Of a DNA stretch of 64,000 nucleotides, positions 1 through 9,614 are shown piece after piece (within the stretch, counting starts at the first letter, position 1; each line of letters opens with the position of its first letter). The notes under the pieces were generated by a model that was not told the origin of the DNA, made no database searches, and saw only the letters and a list, made by a program, of their open reading frames with translations. The position numbers and the translations under genes were made by a program. This stretch comes from a bacterium (GTDB lineage Bacteria > Patescibacteriota > CPR2 > UBA1875 > JAJYID01), in the NCBI GenBank assembly GCA_021796415.1, contig JAJYJC010000002.1, forward strand, positions 7,983 through 71,982. The letters are read 5' to 3'.

Positions 1-637
1 CCGTCATTTGTCTTTTGCACTCCGGAACCAAAGGATCAACCCAATTTTCCAAATCCTTGTCGTAGTAATCGATCTTCCAGAAGACTTTCTCATCTTCCCA
101 CTTCAAACTCCCGGAGTCATGCTCTCCGAATGGATCATTGTCTTCATTGAAGTCATTGAACATCTTGATCCTGCCCAACAACCCTTCCAGGTTTCGAAGA
201 GTCCGAGCTCCTTGAGACAAGACAGTCCCTAAGCCCGACTCACGGAAACAATCATTTTTTGCCGCTATGCTCGCAGCCTGAAGATCCAATGTGTCTAACA
301 TCTGTTCCTCCTTTCCATTTAATTTAACTCTCCGGCGGTCGACCTCCGCCTTTGAAAGAGGAAAAAGAACAGCATGCCGGACAAGTCAAGGTGGAGCCCC
401 TTTATGGAACGACCTTGACTTGTTTGGTCTGTTCTTACACTTAAAAGAAAGGAGGAGGTCGTTGCACCCCGCCTCAACCCAGTTCGATTTAGTTATTTAG
501 ACGATAAAAGGAGACAGTATAAAAAAGTCTCTATGCCTCAAAAAAAGACAAAGAAAAGAGACGCCATTTCTGACGTCTCGTACCATAGAATGAAGCAATG
601 CTTCAAACCGTAGGTATTGGGTGCAAGGAACCGAGGA

Positions 638-1009
638 TCACACCGACTCTTGGATCACCAGCTCTCGTATGACATGGCCAACGAGCTTGATTGCTTCCTG
701 CTTGTTGCCGGTGAGTCGGAAATCCAATGATTCTCCGAGGTGTCCGAAACACAAGATGAGAGGCTCCTCGGGAATGATCTGGACAGTAAACCAGTTGCCA
801 TCTGTCCTTTCCAGCCGAACCTCGGTCACAATGTGTTCCGGTTCCTGCAGTCCCGCCTGCATCGCTTCCACTTGCCCGGGGTCGACCTTGAACTCCTGAT
901 TGAACAGGTTGTTCTGTGGGCACTCAAGCTGTATATAAGGCGATCCATCAGGATAAATCCCCATGAACAGATGTAAGGGGGCATTGATCATATCTGTTTT
1001 CAGTTCCAC
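638..1009 (-). CDS. hypothetical protein (123 aa), GTG start after strong SD aaggaggtg
   Basis: ORF with canonical RBS on the minus strand. No recognisable motifs. Confidence 0.45.
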   Translation of the reverse strand: MELKTDMINAPLHLFMGIYPDGSPYIQLECPQNNLFNQEFKVDPGQVEAMQAGLQEPEHIVTEVRLERTDGNWFTVQIIPEEPLILCFGHLGESLDFRLTGNKQEAIKLVGHVIRELVIQESV

Positions 1010-1048
1010 TGATTACACCTCCTTCACTTCTCAATAGTCGTGCGTTTG

Positions 1049-1441
1049 TTAAACGCCGTTTTGCACGGAACAGGCAAGAGGGGGGTTGCTGTGCAAACAC
1101 CAGCTAGCCACCTGAGCCACCATTGCATCGTCTTCCCCTGTGATTTTCAGGTTGCCCTCGCTTGTTATCTCGAGGTATGTGTGATTATGCCACATCTTGA
1201 GAGCACTTGTACCACTCCCGCTGTTAAAGGAGACGTGATGGCGCTCTATTTGATGTTCAACCCAAAGCTGGTTCTTTATTCCCTCCTTGGTCTCGATCGA
1301 GAAACCCATAGCTTGGAGGATCCTGAACATCAGGGCATAATCTTCCCATTTCCTGAAAGCCATCTCCAGGACAACCCCGTTGCCGTTTGCCCCAATTTCG
1401 AAATCGAAAAAGCCTTGTAGTACATTATCGATCTTCATCAT
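1049..1441 (-). CDS. hypothetical protein (130 aa)
   Basis: ORF in a co-directional block of small genes. No recognisable motifs. Confidence 0.45.
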   Translation of the reverse strand: MMKIDNVLQGFFDFEIGANGNGVVLEMAFRKWEDYALMFRILQAMGFSIETKEGIKNQLWVEHQIERHHVSFNSGSGTSALKMWHNHTYLEITSEGNLKITGEDDAMVAQVASWCLHSNPPLACSVQNGV

Positions 1442-1715
1442 TGGATAACACCTCCTTCGACTGTTGGCGATGTTTTATCGCTTCTTCGTATCTTTTCTGG
1501 AAGCCTGGCTGTTCCACGATGTGACCGGCTACCAACTGTAATGCCGCAAACATGAATGCCACTACGGCCAATATAGCCATTACGAGGCGCTCTGTGCTGT
1601 CGTTCCAGTTGGTGAAAACGTCGGCAACCAACAAAACACCGATAATGACAGTAAGCCATCCGGTCACCTTAAGAGGCGCGCCCTCTCCCGACAAATATGC
1701 GAAGTCTCTGTTCAT
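1425..1715 (-). CDS. small membrane protein (96 aa, 2 predicted TM helices)
   Basis: Hydrophobic stretches (LTVIIGVLLVADVF, AILAVVAFMFAALQLVAG). SD gaggaggtg about 7 nt upstream of the ATG. Confidence 0.5.
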   Translation of the reverse strand: MNRDFAYLSGEGAPLKVTGWLTVIIGVLLVADVFTNWNDSTERLVMAILAVVAFMFAALQLVAGHIVEQPGFQKRYEEAIKHRQQSKEVLSNDEDR

Positions 1716-1718
1716 CTG

Positions 1719-2027
1719 TCACACCTCCTCGAGGATTTTTCGTACATCGGCAGGGATAACTTCTTTACCGACATTCCTTTCGACATTGCATACGATCGTG
1801 TACACCTGTTCCCTGATTGCAGGCTGCATTGTATTTGCGAGCAGATCGATGTGCCCAGCGCGCTGCTGAACGTCAATGTCGCATACTTTCTGAGGCGACT
1901 TGGCGTCTATCTCGCAAATATCCCTGACTGTTTCCAGACCAACGGATATTTGAAGACCGGTGGGGTTGAAGAGAACCTTGTGCATCTCTTCAATCACTTC
2001 TTGGAATGGATTATTCGGATCACACAT
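1719..2027 (-). CDS. hypothetical protein (~102 aa)
   Basis: Internal ATG (MCDPNN...) preceded by gaggagg. The upstream part of the tracked ORF is the RBS itself. Confidence 0.45.
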   Translation of the reverse strand: MCDPNNPFQEVIEEMHKVLFNPTGLQISVGLETVRDICEIDAKSPQKVCDIDVQQRAGHIDLLANTMQPAIREQVYTIVCNVERNVGKEVIPADVRKILEEV

Positions 2028-2047
2028 TGTCAAACCTCCTCGCATTG

Positions 2048-2494
2048 CTATTGTGGTTGAGGATTTGTAATCTGTGGGCCTCTGAGAGCCTCACTAAACT
2101 GTTCGTCTGTTATGTAGCCTCTCTTGATCACGTGCTTCAGCCACAGATTGAGGAAGTTGTTAAGCTGGTACTTAGCCACCTCGTCAACTTCACCCGTCAC
2201 TGGATAGACATCTGTGTGTCTCTGATCTCCCTCCCCAGAATAGGTGAGCGCTTCCGCCAACTCCATAGTGGGATAAGCCCTGATCCGCATTTCCGGATCC
2301 GGTAGCCAGAGACGACCCTCCCGTGAATAGTGCCCCAATTTCATGGTAATGGATCCCTCCCCGTCTGATAGACGATAAAGATAGAGATCCATATAATTTG
2401 GGGCCCTGAGGGTCAAATTGCTTGCCAAGTTGTAGATGTTTCCGAAGATTCGGTTGAGCTTCTTGTAAATTCTTCGGTTGATTCTGGATGCCAT
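2048..2494 (-). CDS. hypothetical protein (~148 aa), start MASRINRR
   Basis: ATG preceded by aggaggtggaac. The upstream part of the tracked ORF overlaps the neighbouring gene. Confidence 0.45.
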   Translation of the reverse strand: MASRINRRIYKKLNRIFGNIYNLASNLTLRAPNYMDLYLYRLSDGEGSITMKLGHYSREGRLWLPDPEMRIRAYPTMELAEALTYSGEGDQRHTDVYPVTGEVDEVAKYQLNNFLNLWLKHVIKRGYITDEQFSEALRGPQITNPQPQ

Positions 2495-2504
2495 GTTCCA
2501 CCTC

Positions 2505-2861
2505 CTAAACTTCATCGGGTGGCACTGGCCAATTTTCGTAGCCACTGCCGACCATGACCAATGTGATCTGCGGGAAAGCGTCGAATCTCTTCCAGAGAGA
2601 TTCGAACGCATCCTCTAGTTTTCCTTCAAGGTAGACGAGATCTGTATACATTTCAACCCAAGTTCCTGATACCCCTTCGTACCATTCGAAGTTCTCATCC
2701 AGATAAATATCTCCTGGACAATCCTTTTCCGACCAAGCGATAACAGACTCGAGAAACTTTATCTGTTCCTCGCGAGTTAACATCTTGGAGAGTTTCGCCC
2801 TGATGTTGAGTCCATCCGGGTCGAATCTCTCGTCAAGCTTTATCTCGAATGAGTGCGGCAT
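2505..2861 (-). CDS. hypothetical acidic protein (118 aa)
   Basis: ATG preceded by aaaggagcagac. Confidence 0.45.
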   Translation of the reverse strand: MPHSFEIKLDERFDPDGLNIRAKLSKMLTREEQIKFLESVIAWSEKDCPGDIYLDENFEWYEGVSGTWVEMYTDLVYLEGKLEDAFESLWKRFDAFPQITLVMVGSGYENWPVPPDEV

Positions 2862-3024
2862 GTCTGCTCCTTTGATATTTTTTCCAGAGTAAAATTTGAT
2901 CAGAGACCTTAAGGCCTATAACCAAATAAAACCCTGGAAGTTTTCAAGGTTCAAGATTTCTAATCATAACATAAAACTTGTCCTATGTAAAGCCCGAAAA
3001 GCCGAATTTTCTATTGGAATTCCT

Positions 3025-3543
3025 TTATATCTCCAGAACAGCTGTTTCTTTGATATCAATACTGCCTTTAAAAAGAATATGAGGTATTTTATAAAAAAGC
3101 AGAGGTCTTTCGTTGGTTAAATACTTTTCTCTGTAATACTTTTTTGTTTCATATCTGAGCTCAGAATATTTGTCTAGTTCATTTGGATTAAATCTGATAA
3201 TTTCTTTAGGGTTTAATCCCGGACCATCCGTGAAGTATAAATAAAGTACCGTTTTATCCGGATTAAGCAGTTTGGGATCAATCTCGAGAAACTTACCATG
3301 AAATTCATGATTGATTTCCTTGAAAACCCTTTGAATTTCTTTCGGATGGACTGGTGAGAAATGGAGAACATCATTCCATTTGCAATTTAAGATTGGTATT
3401 ACTTCATCAAGTAAATGCTCTCTGCCTTGATATTTCGTGACTTTCTTTTCATAAATTTTGGGATAAATCTCTTTTAGTTCATTTAAGGGATAGAGAATAT
3501 CTCCCTCCATATCTTTTGGCAGTTGATGATATAGATAATTCAT
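3025..3543 (-). CDS. hypothetical protein (172 aa) in an AT-rich (~33% GC) islet
   Basis: ORF only. Its composition differs from the flanking DNA. Confidence 0.4.
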   Translation of the reverse strand: MNYLYHQLPKDMEGDILYPLNELKEIYPKIYEKKVTKYQGREHLLDEVIPILNCKWNDVLHFSPVHPKEIQRVFKEINHEFHGKFLEIDPKLLNPDKTVLYLYFTDGPGLNPKEIIRFNPNELDKYSELRYETKKYYREKYLTNERPLLFYKIPHILFKGSIDIKETAVLEI

Positions 3544-3552
3544 AGCAACTTC

Positions 3553-4470
3553 CTAGTGTAGACTATCTATCTTTTTAATATTTTCTTCCAAGTAGCTTTC
3601 ATTCAATTTATTTGTAACAAAATTATATATCGGCCAGGAAGTGAAGACTAAGGCCGATTTAAGAACCCTGACCTCTGATTGTGATAATCTTCGAACAGTT
3701 TGATAGGCACTGAGATAAGTCTGCATCTCGTTTGCTGTAAAGACAGCCTTATTTACAAGGCAGAAATGCTTAATCGCCATCGACAAATCGATTGCAAAGA
3801 TGTTTCTATCAGAGAAGTCAAAATCAATGATTTTCAACTCTTTACTTTTCGTATTATATAGAATGTTTACTTTGCCAATATCATTATGACAGATACCATT
3901 CGGCAATTTGTCAAAATTCTCCCTTATATACGACAATTCAGTCACACCTCTATTAAGCAGATTTTTAAGAAATTGAGTTTGTGATTTCTTTTCTATTTTT
4001 CTAAAGTTCATTTCGTAATCAATAAATGTCAGCTTATGTCTCTTTAGGCGATTGAACTTTATTTCACTGGCAACATTGTGTAGTTTAGCTTGCGTTTTTG
4101 CCACTTCTCTGAGAACAATGATATCCCATGTTTGCTTCTCATGATGTTCAAAGTAGGGAATAACATAGGTAAACCGTTTGTCGGTAATCTTTGTAATATA
4201 TTCACCTTGCTTGTTTTTCGTAAAAGGAATGACAGGGAGATTCCTTTCATAACAAATTTTGAGGTACTTTGCTGTTGAATTTAGTGAGTAAAAACTTCGA
4301 GAATAATAGGCGCTCAAAGCATAAGGATAAGGACTCTTGAAAATATATTGTCTGTTCTGGGCTTTAATTATCGCTAGAAAGTGATGATCGGTAGTTTCCC
4401 ATTTTTTAATAACCTGCCAAGTATCAAAATATTGCGACAAAGTTCTGTTAACTAGTTTATCGTTAATCAT
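3553..4470 (-). CDS. protein-kinase-fold phosphotransferase (APH/choline-kinase-like)
   Basis: Catalytic-loop motif CHNDIGKVNILYN (HxDxxxxN) and IIDFDFS (DFG-equivalent). Start at MINDKL preceded by ggagag, with ATGA overlap to the upstream gene. Confidence 0.55.
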   Translation of the reverse strand: MINDKLVNRTLSQYFDTWQVIKKWETTDHHFLAIIKAQNRQYIFKSPYPYALSAYYSRSFYSLNSTAKYLKICYERNLPVIPFTKNKQGEYITKITDKRFTYVIPYFEHHEKQTWDIIVLREVAKTQAKLHNVASEIKFNRLKRHKLTFIDYEMNFRKIEKKSQTQFLKNLLNRGVTELSYIRENFDKLPNGICHNDIGKVNILYNTKSKELKIIDFDFSDRNIFAIDLSMAIKHFCLVNKAVFTANEMQTYLSAYQTVRRLSQSEVRVLKSALVFTSWPIYNFVTNKLNESYLEENIKKIDSLH

Positions 4471-4856
4471 CTTTTTCTCTCCAGTTCTTTTATAGCTTCT
4501 TTGATCGAGGCAACTATTATACCTGCTTTCTGCACGAAATCTAAAGACCAATCCTGCCTTTGTTTATCCCAAATAATAATTAAATTTTTACAGGTTTCGC
4601 CAGGATGCTCTGTATTCAAGGCTAAAAAATATCCCACTTCTATCCAGGTTCCTTCACAAGGGGTAGTCCCTGGATTTGCTATAAGAATATCAGCTTCTGT
4701 AATTGCTTTTAGATCATCGGGGAAGAATGTATCGGGAGAAGCTTGATCTGAGTCAAATTCCCAGTCATGAAATTCAAAACCAGAAACTTTTTTAATTCTT
4801 TCTTTCCAATCGCCTGCATATTCACTTGAAAGTCCTGCTAAATAAACTTTTTTCAT
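4467..4856 (-). CDS. nucleoside 2-deoxyribosyltransferase-like protein
   Basis: N-terminal MKKVYLAG...W and ILIANPG...EVGYFLAL resemble the NDT/Rcl fold. TATAAT lies immediately upstream of the ATG, so the mRNA may be leaderless. Confidence 0.45.
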   Translation of the reverse strand: MKKVYLAGLSSEYAGDWKERIKKVSGFEFHDWEFDSDQASPDTFFPDDLKAITEADILIANPGTTPCEGTWIEVGYFLALNTEHPGETCKNLIIIWDKQRQDWSLDFVQKAGIIVASIKEAIKELERKR

Positions 4857-4925
4857 AGGGAAATTATAACACAAAAATGATAGATCATCGTATAAATAAT
4901 GCTTAATTTGCGGTATAATCTAGTT

Positions 4926-5456
4926 ATGGATAAAAAAATAGACATCATTTCAATAGCTGATGATGTGGCATCTTTGTCAGTAAGATCGATTTTGGAATTC
5001 TGGGGCATTAAGGTTAATATTCATTATGTTGCCAAATCACAGGACCTGGTCGATATTTTTAAGAAAGACAGTTTATCTCAAAATCTTCTTTTAATGTGTC
5101 ATGGAGTGGAAGAAGGAATTCATCTGCCTGAACTCGATCCCGCAGTAGTCAAAACTCAACCTTATGATAAGATATTAACTTCTGATAATCTTGGTGAATT
5201 TCTAAAACTAAACGGTCAAATAGCGGTAAGTACCGGGTGTAAAACCGGCACCAAAGCCTTTGCTGATACTTTTCTGAGTAAAGGAGCGAAAGAGTATATA
5301 GCGCCTGGCAGTTATCCCGAGGGAACAGCTAGTTTGTTCTTCACAGTTAATTTCTACTACTTTCTGCTAGTAAAGAAATTGCCGATCAAAGAAGCATATA
5401 CCAAGTCAAAGCTTATTGATAATGAGACAGAGATGTTTGAACTTTTTAGGAGATAA
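4926..5456 (+). CDS. hypothetical protein (~176 aa)
   Basis: ORF. TATAAT lies 7 nt upstream of the ATG, so the mRNA may be leaderless. Contains MCHG and STGCKTG (a possible His/Cys pair), but no confident family assignment. Confidence 0.4.
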   Translation: MDKKIDIISIADDVASLSVRSILEFWGIKVNIHYVAKSQDLVDIFKKDSLSQNLLLMCHGVEEGIHLPELDPAVVKTQPYDKILTSDNLGEFLKLNGQIAVSTGCKTGTKAFADTFLSKGAKEYIAPGSYPEGTASLFFTVNFYYFLLVKKLPIKEAYTKSKLIDNETEMFELFRR

Positions 5457-5671
5457 AAATAGCAGCAATAGGCACAAGCTCAAGGGTATTGTTTCAGTAT
5501 TCTAGAAAAAGCTTATTTCATTAATTTCCCAAACCAGTTTTAATCTGTGGCTTCATTGAAATCAAGCTCCGAATTTGTTATACTTATGTTCACTATAGAG
5601 TAGCGCAACTTGTACAATGCTGTACCAAAAGGGTATGGCTAAAATATTTTCCGACACAAGGAGGTGACAAC

Positions 5672-7669
5672 ATGAGTCCTGTGGCTACTGAGGAAAAGGA
5701 TTTAATAGCTGCTTTACACGGCGAAAAGCACCAAACGGCAAGAAATGAACTGGTTGAGAAATATCAACCGTTAGTTCGTTATATTGCCAATAAACATGCT
5801 GTAAATGCTGAATACCTTGATGAGCTTATTCAAATCGGATCCATAGGGCTCATAAAGGCAATTGATCGATTCGATCCGTCAAAAGGTGTAAAAATCTCTA
5901 CCTATGCTACCTACAGAATTAAAGGTGAGATCAAGGATTACTTTCGTAATTCTGAACATCGGCTCTTGAGACCTTCCAGACAACTACATGAACTAGCTGT
6001 CAAGCTAGAAAATGCAAGGCAGACTCTCACGAGCACTCACCACAAACCTACGATCACTGAACTGGCTGAGTTTGTCGGTGTCTCTACGAAAAAGGCAGAA
6101 ACTGCTCTTAGCTTGCAAGTAAGTGCGCTTTCTCTTGATGATATAGGTCAAGATGAAAGTAGTGGTCAGACACTAACGGATATTCTCGGCAAAGAAGATG
6201 GAGCATTCTCGCAGCTAGAGTACTCCATGACACTTGACTTTCTGAACTGCTCTGCGCTGAGCCAACGGGAGTTAAGGGTCTTGCATCTGAGGTTCTACGA
6301 AGACCAGTCCCCGACAGAAATAGCAAAGTTGTTAGGCTGCTCTCAGTCTAACATCACCCTGATTATTAAGAAGGCCTTCATCAAACTTCTTGGCAGCACA
6401 AATAGGTCACTTAACTCTGTTTTGCCAGCTTTTAGCTTGGCGAGCTCCGATTTGAGTTTGACTGAAAGTGAAAAAGCTCTAGCACAAGAGGCAGTAAACG
6501 CCTTGGATTATCTAGGCAACGAATCCAAGACTGATGTATTAGTGCAAGAGCTTCATGCCAGAAGAATATCACTGGAAGCCCTGTTATTTGCCCTGAGAGC
6601 TAAATATGTCAAGTTCATAAGCAATGGGGGTAATGGGACTTGGCGAGTTTTACAACCAACACTAACGCCCTCGAGCTTTCATAAGATGTTTGCGGATGAT
6701 CTGGCTTTTATGGACAGGTTACTGCTGACTCTCTTAAAGCATGGTAACGGAGGGATGGAAAGGAGAATTCTCAGAGAAACCCTTAGAAACCAGCCTGGAT
6801 CTCTACGGCTACCCGAGTATGTTGTATTTGCACAATTGCTCGGAGATACTGCTAGGCGTGGTTTTGTCGAAGTGCAGGGAAGTGCAAACTCTGATCTTGT
6901 AATTCCGCTAATCACTTTAAGTGATATCTTCGAGAAGTACAGGAAAAGAGCACTCAATCAGGAAAGGCAAGCACAGCAAAAACGGTTACTAAAACCAAGC
7001 ATCAATGATCCGCGGTTTGAACAGTTACTTGCTCAGCCACTTTCCAGTATAGCAAGGTTCATGACGGTGTTACTGCAGTTCGGCTCGAATGGAACAACTC
7101 GTCGGAACCTTCGCAAGATTCTCTCTCAGAAAAGCAACGGATCGAGCTTCGATATGAGAGATTTCACACGAACAGTGTATAAGGCTCAAGATAAGGATAA
7201 CTGTTTCGAGAAATCTCTGATTGAAGTTATACCGGCAAAGAATCAAGCAGAGGAGGTATTTCGGCCCCTAATCAGATTGGATGACCTTATTGAGAAGCTG
7301 CCTAAAACTAAGGCAAACCACAACCAGCACAAAGCAACCTGCGATAATAACCCTCTTTTCGATGAGCTGGCTCAAATGCCACTCAGCCGGCCTGAAAAGG
7401 TGTTGGTGGTCTTATGGCAATTCGGACCTGAGGGGACTGATCGCAAGACCTTGAGGGAGACAATAAAAAACGAGGTCTCTAATCTACAAGTTAGCAGCCA
7501 CCATTTCTCCTATGCTCTTTATATGGCTGTCCACAATAACAATCGGTGGGGACAACTTGTTGAGATAAGAGACGCCTTAACGCCAGATGAACAAGTCATC
7601 TATCCCCTCGTAACCCTCGAGAATTTGTGTGTAAAATATCAACTCCCAAAAGGAGGTGTCGGCGAATAA
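5672..7669 (+). CDS. sigma-70 family sigma factor (SigB/F-like regions 2, 3 and 4) with a ~410-aa C-terminal extension
   Basis: Region 2 (YLDELIQIGSIGLIKAIDRFDPSKG...TYATYRIKGEI). Region 4 HTH (LSQRELRVLHLRFYEDQSPTEIAKLLGCSQSNIT). SD aaggaggtg upstream. The C-terminal part has about four copies of a ~55-aa repeat (LLQFGSNGTTRRNLRKIL / VLWQFGPEGTDRKTLRETI / LLKHGNGGMERRILRETL). Confidence 0.75.
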   Translation: MSPVATEEKDLIAALHGEKHQTARNELVEKYQPLVRYIANKHAVNAEYLDELIQIGSIGLIKAIDRFDPSKGVKISTYATYRIKGEIKDYFRNSEHRLLRPSRQLHELAVKLENARQTLTSTHHKPTITELAEFVGVSTKKAETALSLQVSALSLDDIGQDESSGQTLTDILGKEDGAFSQLEYSMTLDFLNCSALSQRELRVLHLRFYEDQSPTEIAKLLGCSQSNITLIIKKAFIKLLGSTNRSLNSVLPAFSLASSDLSLTESEKALAQEAVNALDYLGNESKTDVLVQELHARRISLEALLFALRAKYVKFISNGGNGTWRVLQPTLTPSSFHKMFADDLAFMDRLLLTLLKHGNGGMERRILRETLRNQPGSLRLPEYVVFAQLLGDTARRGFVEVQGSANSDLVIPLITLSDIFEKYRKRALNQERQAQQKRLLKPSINDPRFEQLLAQPLSSIARFMTVLLQFGSNGTTRRNLRKILSQKSNGSSFDMRDFTRTVYKAQDKDNCFEKSLIEVIPAKNQAEEVFRPLIRLDDLIEKLPKTKANHNQHKATCDNNPLFDELAQMPLSRPEKVLVVLWQFGPEGTDRKTLRETIKNEVSNLQVSSHHFSYALYMAVHNNNRWGQLVEIRDALTPDEQVIYPLVTLENLCVKYQLPKGGVGE

Positions 7670-7734
7670 ACGGCCAGTAGTATTTCTAGCTGGCCGTTTT
7701 ACTTGCGCTTGAAGAAAACATGGTACTAAAGATA

Positions 7735-8421
7735 CTAGCTCTCCAAGCTTTCCCAAGGGGGAATTTTACATTCATCATCCTTCGATTCTGATCGTACATC
7801 TTTGATATTTGCCACTCTTTTTGGAAATGCTATGCCCGAGGACTCTTTGTATTTATTTCGATATTCAAAAGCTTCCTGCCCCACATTAATCTGAATTTTT
7901 TGAAGATCAGGATTGAAGATAACAACTTCAGCAATGGTGTCCGGACTTGATTGGAACTCCCTTAATGACCATACGGGGAAATAAATATCTTGCTCTCTCA
8001 AGTATTTGTTAATAGCTTGATAATCAACCCCATCCTCTGTAAGTAAGTGCACTAAGAGGATATAAGTGGCAGGGAAATTTTGTTGTAGTTTTGTTCTTAT
8101 CAACTGGTCTAATAATAATTCTGGCGAAGATCTGTAAGTAGTTAATTCTACTTGAGTTATATCCATAGTTCCCGAATTAGGCTGCATGAGTAGAATATCA
8201 GGTGGTTCATCAAGTGGTAAACGAATATATGTAGGTAAATTACGAAAATTACTCAATACAAATGCTATCACTGCAGCTATTCTTGCTTCTCGAGCTTTTT
8301 GATATCTGGGATTTTTTTCTAGCTTATCTTGACCTATCGAAACAGCAAGTTCATCCAAATGCATAAAAACATTTGTAGGTGAATGCCATCTTTTATTAAA
8401 CTGCGAATTTTTCATATACAA
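7735..8421 (-). CDS. hypothetical protein (228 aa), AT-rich islet
   Basis: ORF only. Confidence 0.4.
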   Translation of the reverse strand: MYMKNSQFNKRWHSPTNVFMHLDELAVSIGQDKLEKNPRYQKAREARIAAVIAFVLSNFRNLPTYIRLPLDEPPDILLMQPNSGTMDITQVELTTYRSSPELLLDQLIRTKLQQNFPATYILLVHLLTEDGVDYQAINKYLREQDIYFPVWSLREFQSSPDTIAEVVIFNPDLQKIQINVGQEAFEYRNKYKESSGIAFPKRVANIKDVRSESKDDECKIPPWESLES

Positions 8422-8423
8422 AA

Positions 8424-9365
8424 TTATGTTACGTTTTTATCAATTATATCTACAAGAGAGTTAAAACCCTGCATGCTATCACGAAAATAATCCATCAGTT
8501 TATCTGCCATTTGATCTCCATGACTGTTATTGTGATTCTTCTCATCTGTGGCTCTCACTAAAGATATATTCATAAGCTGTAGTCTAATATTTTCACGATT
8601 GACGGGTAACTGTTTCTCAAATTCTTTAGCGTATTTCTCTTGCCAGTCAGGATGTGACCAATTTAATGCCCATGGATAAGTCAAAAGGGCTTCTAAGGGT
8701 TGTTGAATACCGTCCCAATCAATCAATACTAATCTCCCTGTGCTCAGCCTTATAACATTCCTGGGATTAAAATCACAATTACTCATTATCACTTTTTGCC
8801 GTCCCTCACATTCTCGCCATAAGTTATCTGCCTCTTTTCTAATATTCGTTTCCTCTGATGATTTAATTAAGTTCATCTCCAAAGCTCCAGTAAATCTTTC
8901 CCAAAATCTGACTTCTTCGGCTTTTGCTTGATAAAGAAAAACATCATCTTTTTGTAAAAGATCTTCTACATTAACTTTTATCAGGTCTTTAACAATTTTA
9001 ACCATATCTTCCGCAAGCAGCATATCAGATGTATTAAAGTCGAATCTATTACCTCCATAATATGGCAAAAGTATATAGCTACCATTTGCTTCATTAGTGG
9101 AGTAAACGTGGTCTGCTTTTGGCAAGTTTAAAACAGTAAACTCCTCTTTAACTTGAGGTAAAATATCTCTATAACACCTAGGTTCAAAGGAACCAAAAGG
9201 AACATATTTTAAAAGATGGGTAATTTCTGAGTCATTTGCACAATTAAATTTAAATATCCGGTTACTTACATTGTCAGTAATTTCTTCAACAAATTCCAAA
9301 CCAAAATCTTTTTCAATTTGATTTGCAATTTGGACGAAATCTTTTGGTTTTTTGATGGTTTCCAT
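8424..9365 (-). CDS. kinase-fold phosphotransferase-like protein
   Basis: CDFNPRNVIRL and LIDWDGI resemble APH/CotS catalytic and DFG-like motifs. Confidence 0.45.
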   Translation of the reverse strand: METIKKPKDFVQIANQIEKDFGLEFVEEITDNVSNRIFKFNCANDSEITHLLKYVPFGSFEPRCYRDILPQVKEEFTVLNLPKADHVYSTNEANGSYILLPYYGGNRFDFNTSDMLLAEDMVKIVKDLIKVNVEDLLQKDDVFLYQAKAEEVRFWERFTGALEMNLIKSSEETNIRKEADNLWRECEGRQKVIMSNCDFNPRNVIRLSTGRLVLIDWDGIQQPLEALLTYPWALNWSHPDWQEKYAKEFEKQLPVNRENIRLQLMNISLVRATDEKNHNNSHGDQMADKLMDYFRDSMQGFNSLVDIIDKNVT

Positions 9366-9450
9366 GCTCTTGATTATATTGTTATGTATACAAACTGTAA
9401 AATCTTACAAAAACTAGCCTTTTAAAAGCTCTTATTATGCCTTTATCTGC

Positions 9451-9479
9451 TTGACATGTGTATATTAGTGAGGTATTAT
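9451..9479 (+). promoter_or_regulatory. sigma-70-like promoter (TTGACA, 17-nt spacer, TATTAT)
   Basis: Near-consensus -35 and -10 hexamers with optimal spacing, read directly from the sequence. Confidence 0.5.
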
Positions 9480-9486
9480 TAGTTCG

Positions 9487-9613
9487 AGGTATGCAATAAT
9501 AGCTTTCGAAGCGCTGAGATGTTCCCTCGGAGCATCCGAGACTAAAGTCTCAGAACACCACTTCGGGAGACGCTGCCTCCCAAAAAACTTAAGCCGTTGG
9601 CTTGGGTTTTTTA
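9487..9613 (+). ncRNA. candidate small RNA (~125 nt) between a consensus promoter and an intrinsic terminator
   Basis: No ORF. Internal hairpins ctgaga...tctcag and gggag...ctccc. Terminal hairpin aagccgttggctt followed by a T6 run. Confidence 0.3.
9588..9613. terminator. bidirectional intrinsic terminator
   Basis: Hairpin ttaagcc-gtt-ggcttgg flanked by A6 upstream and T6 downstream. Confidence 0.5.
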
Positions 9614-9614
9614 T

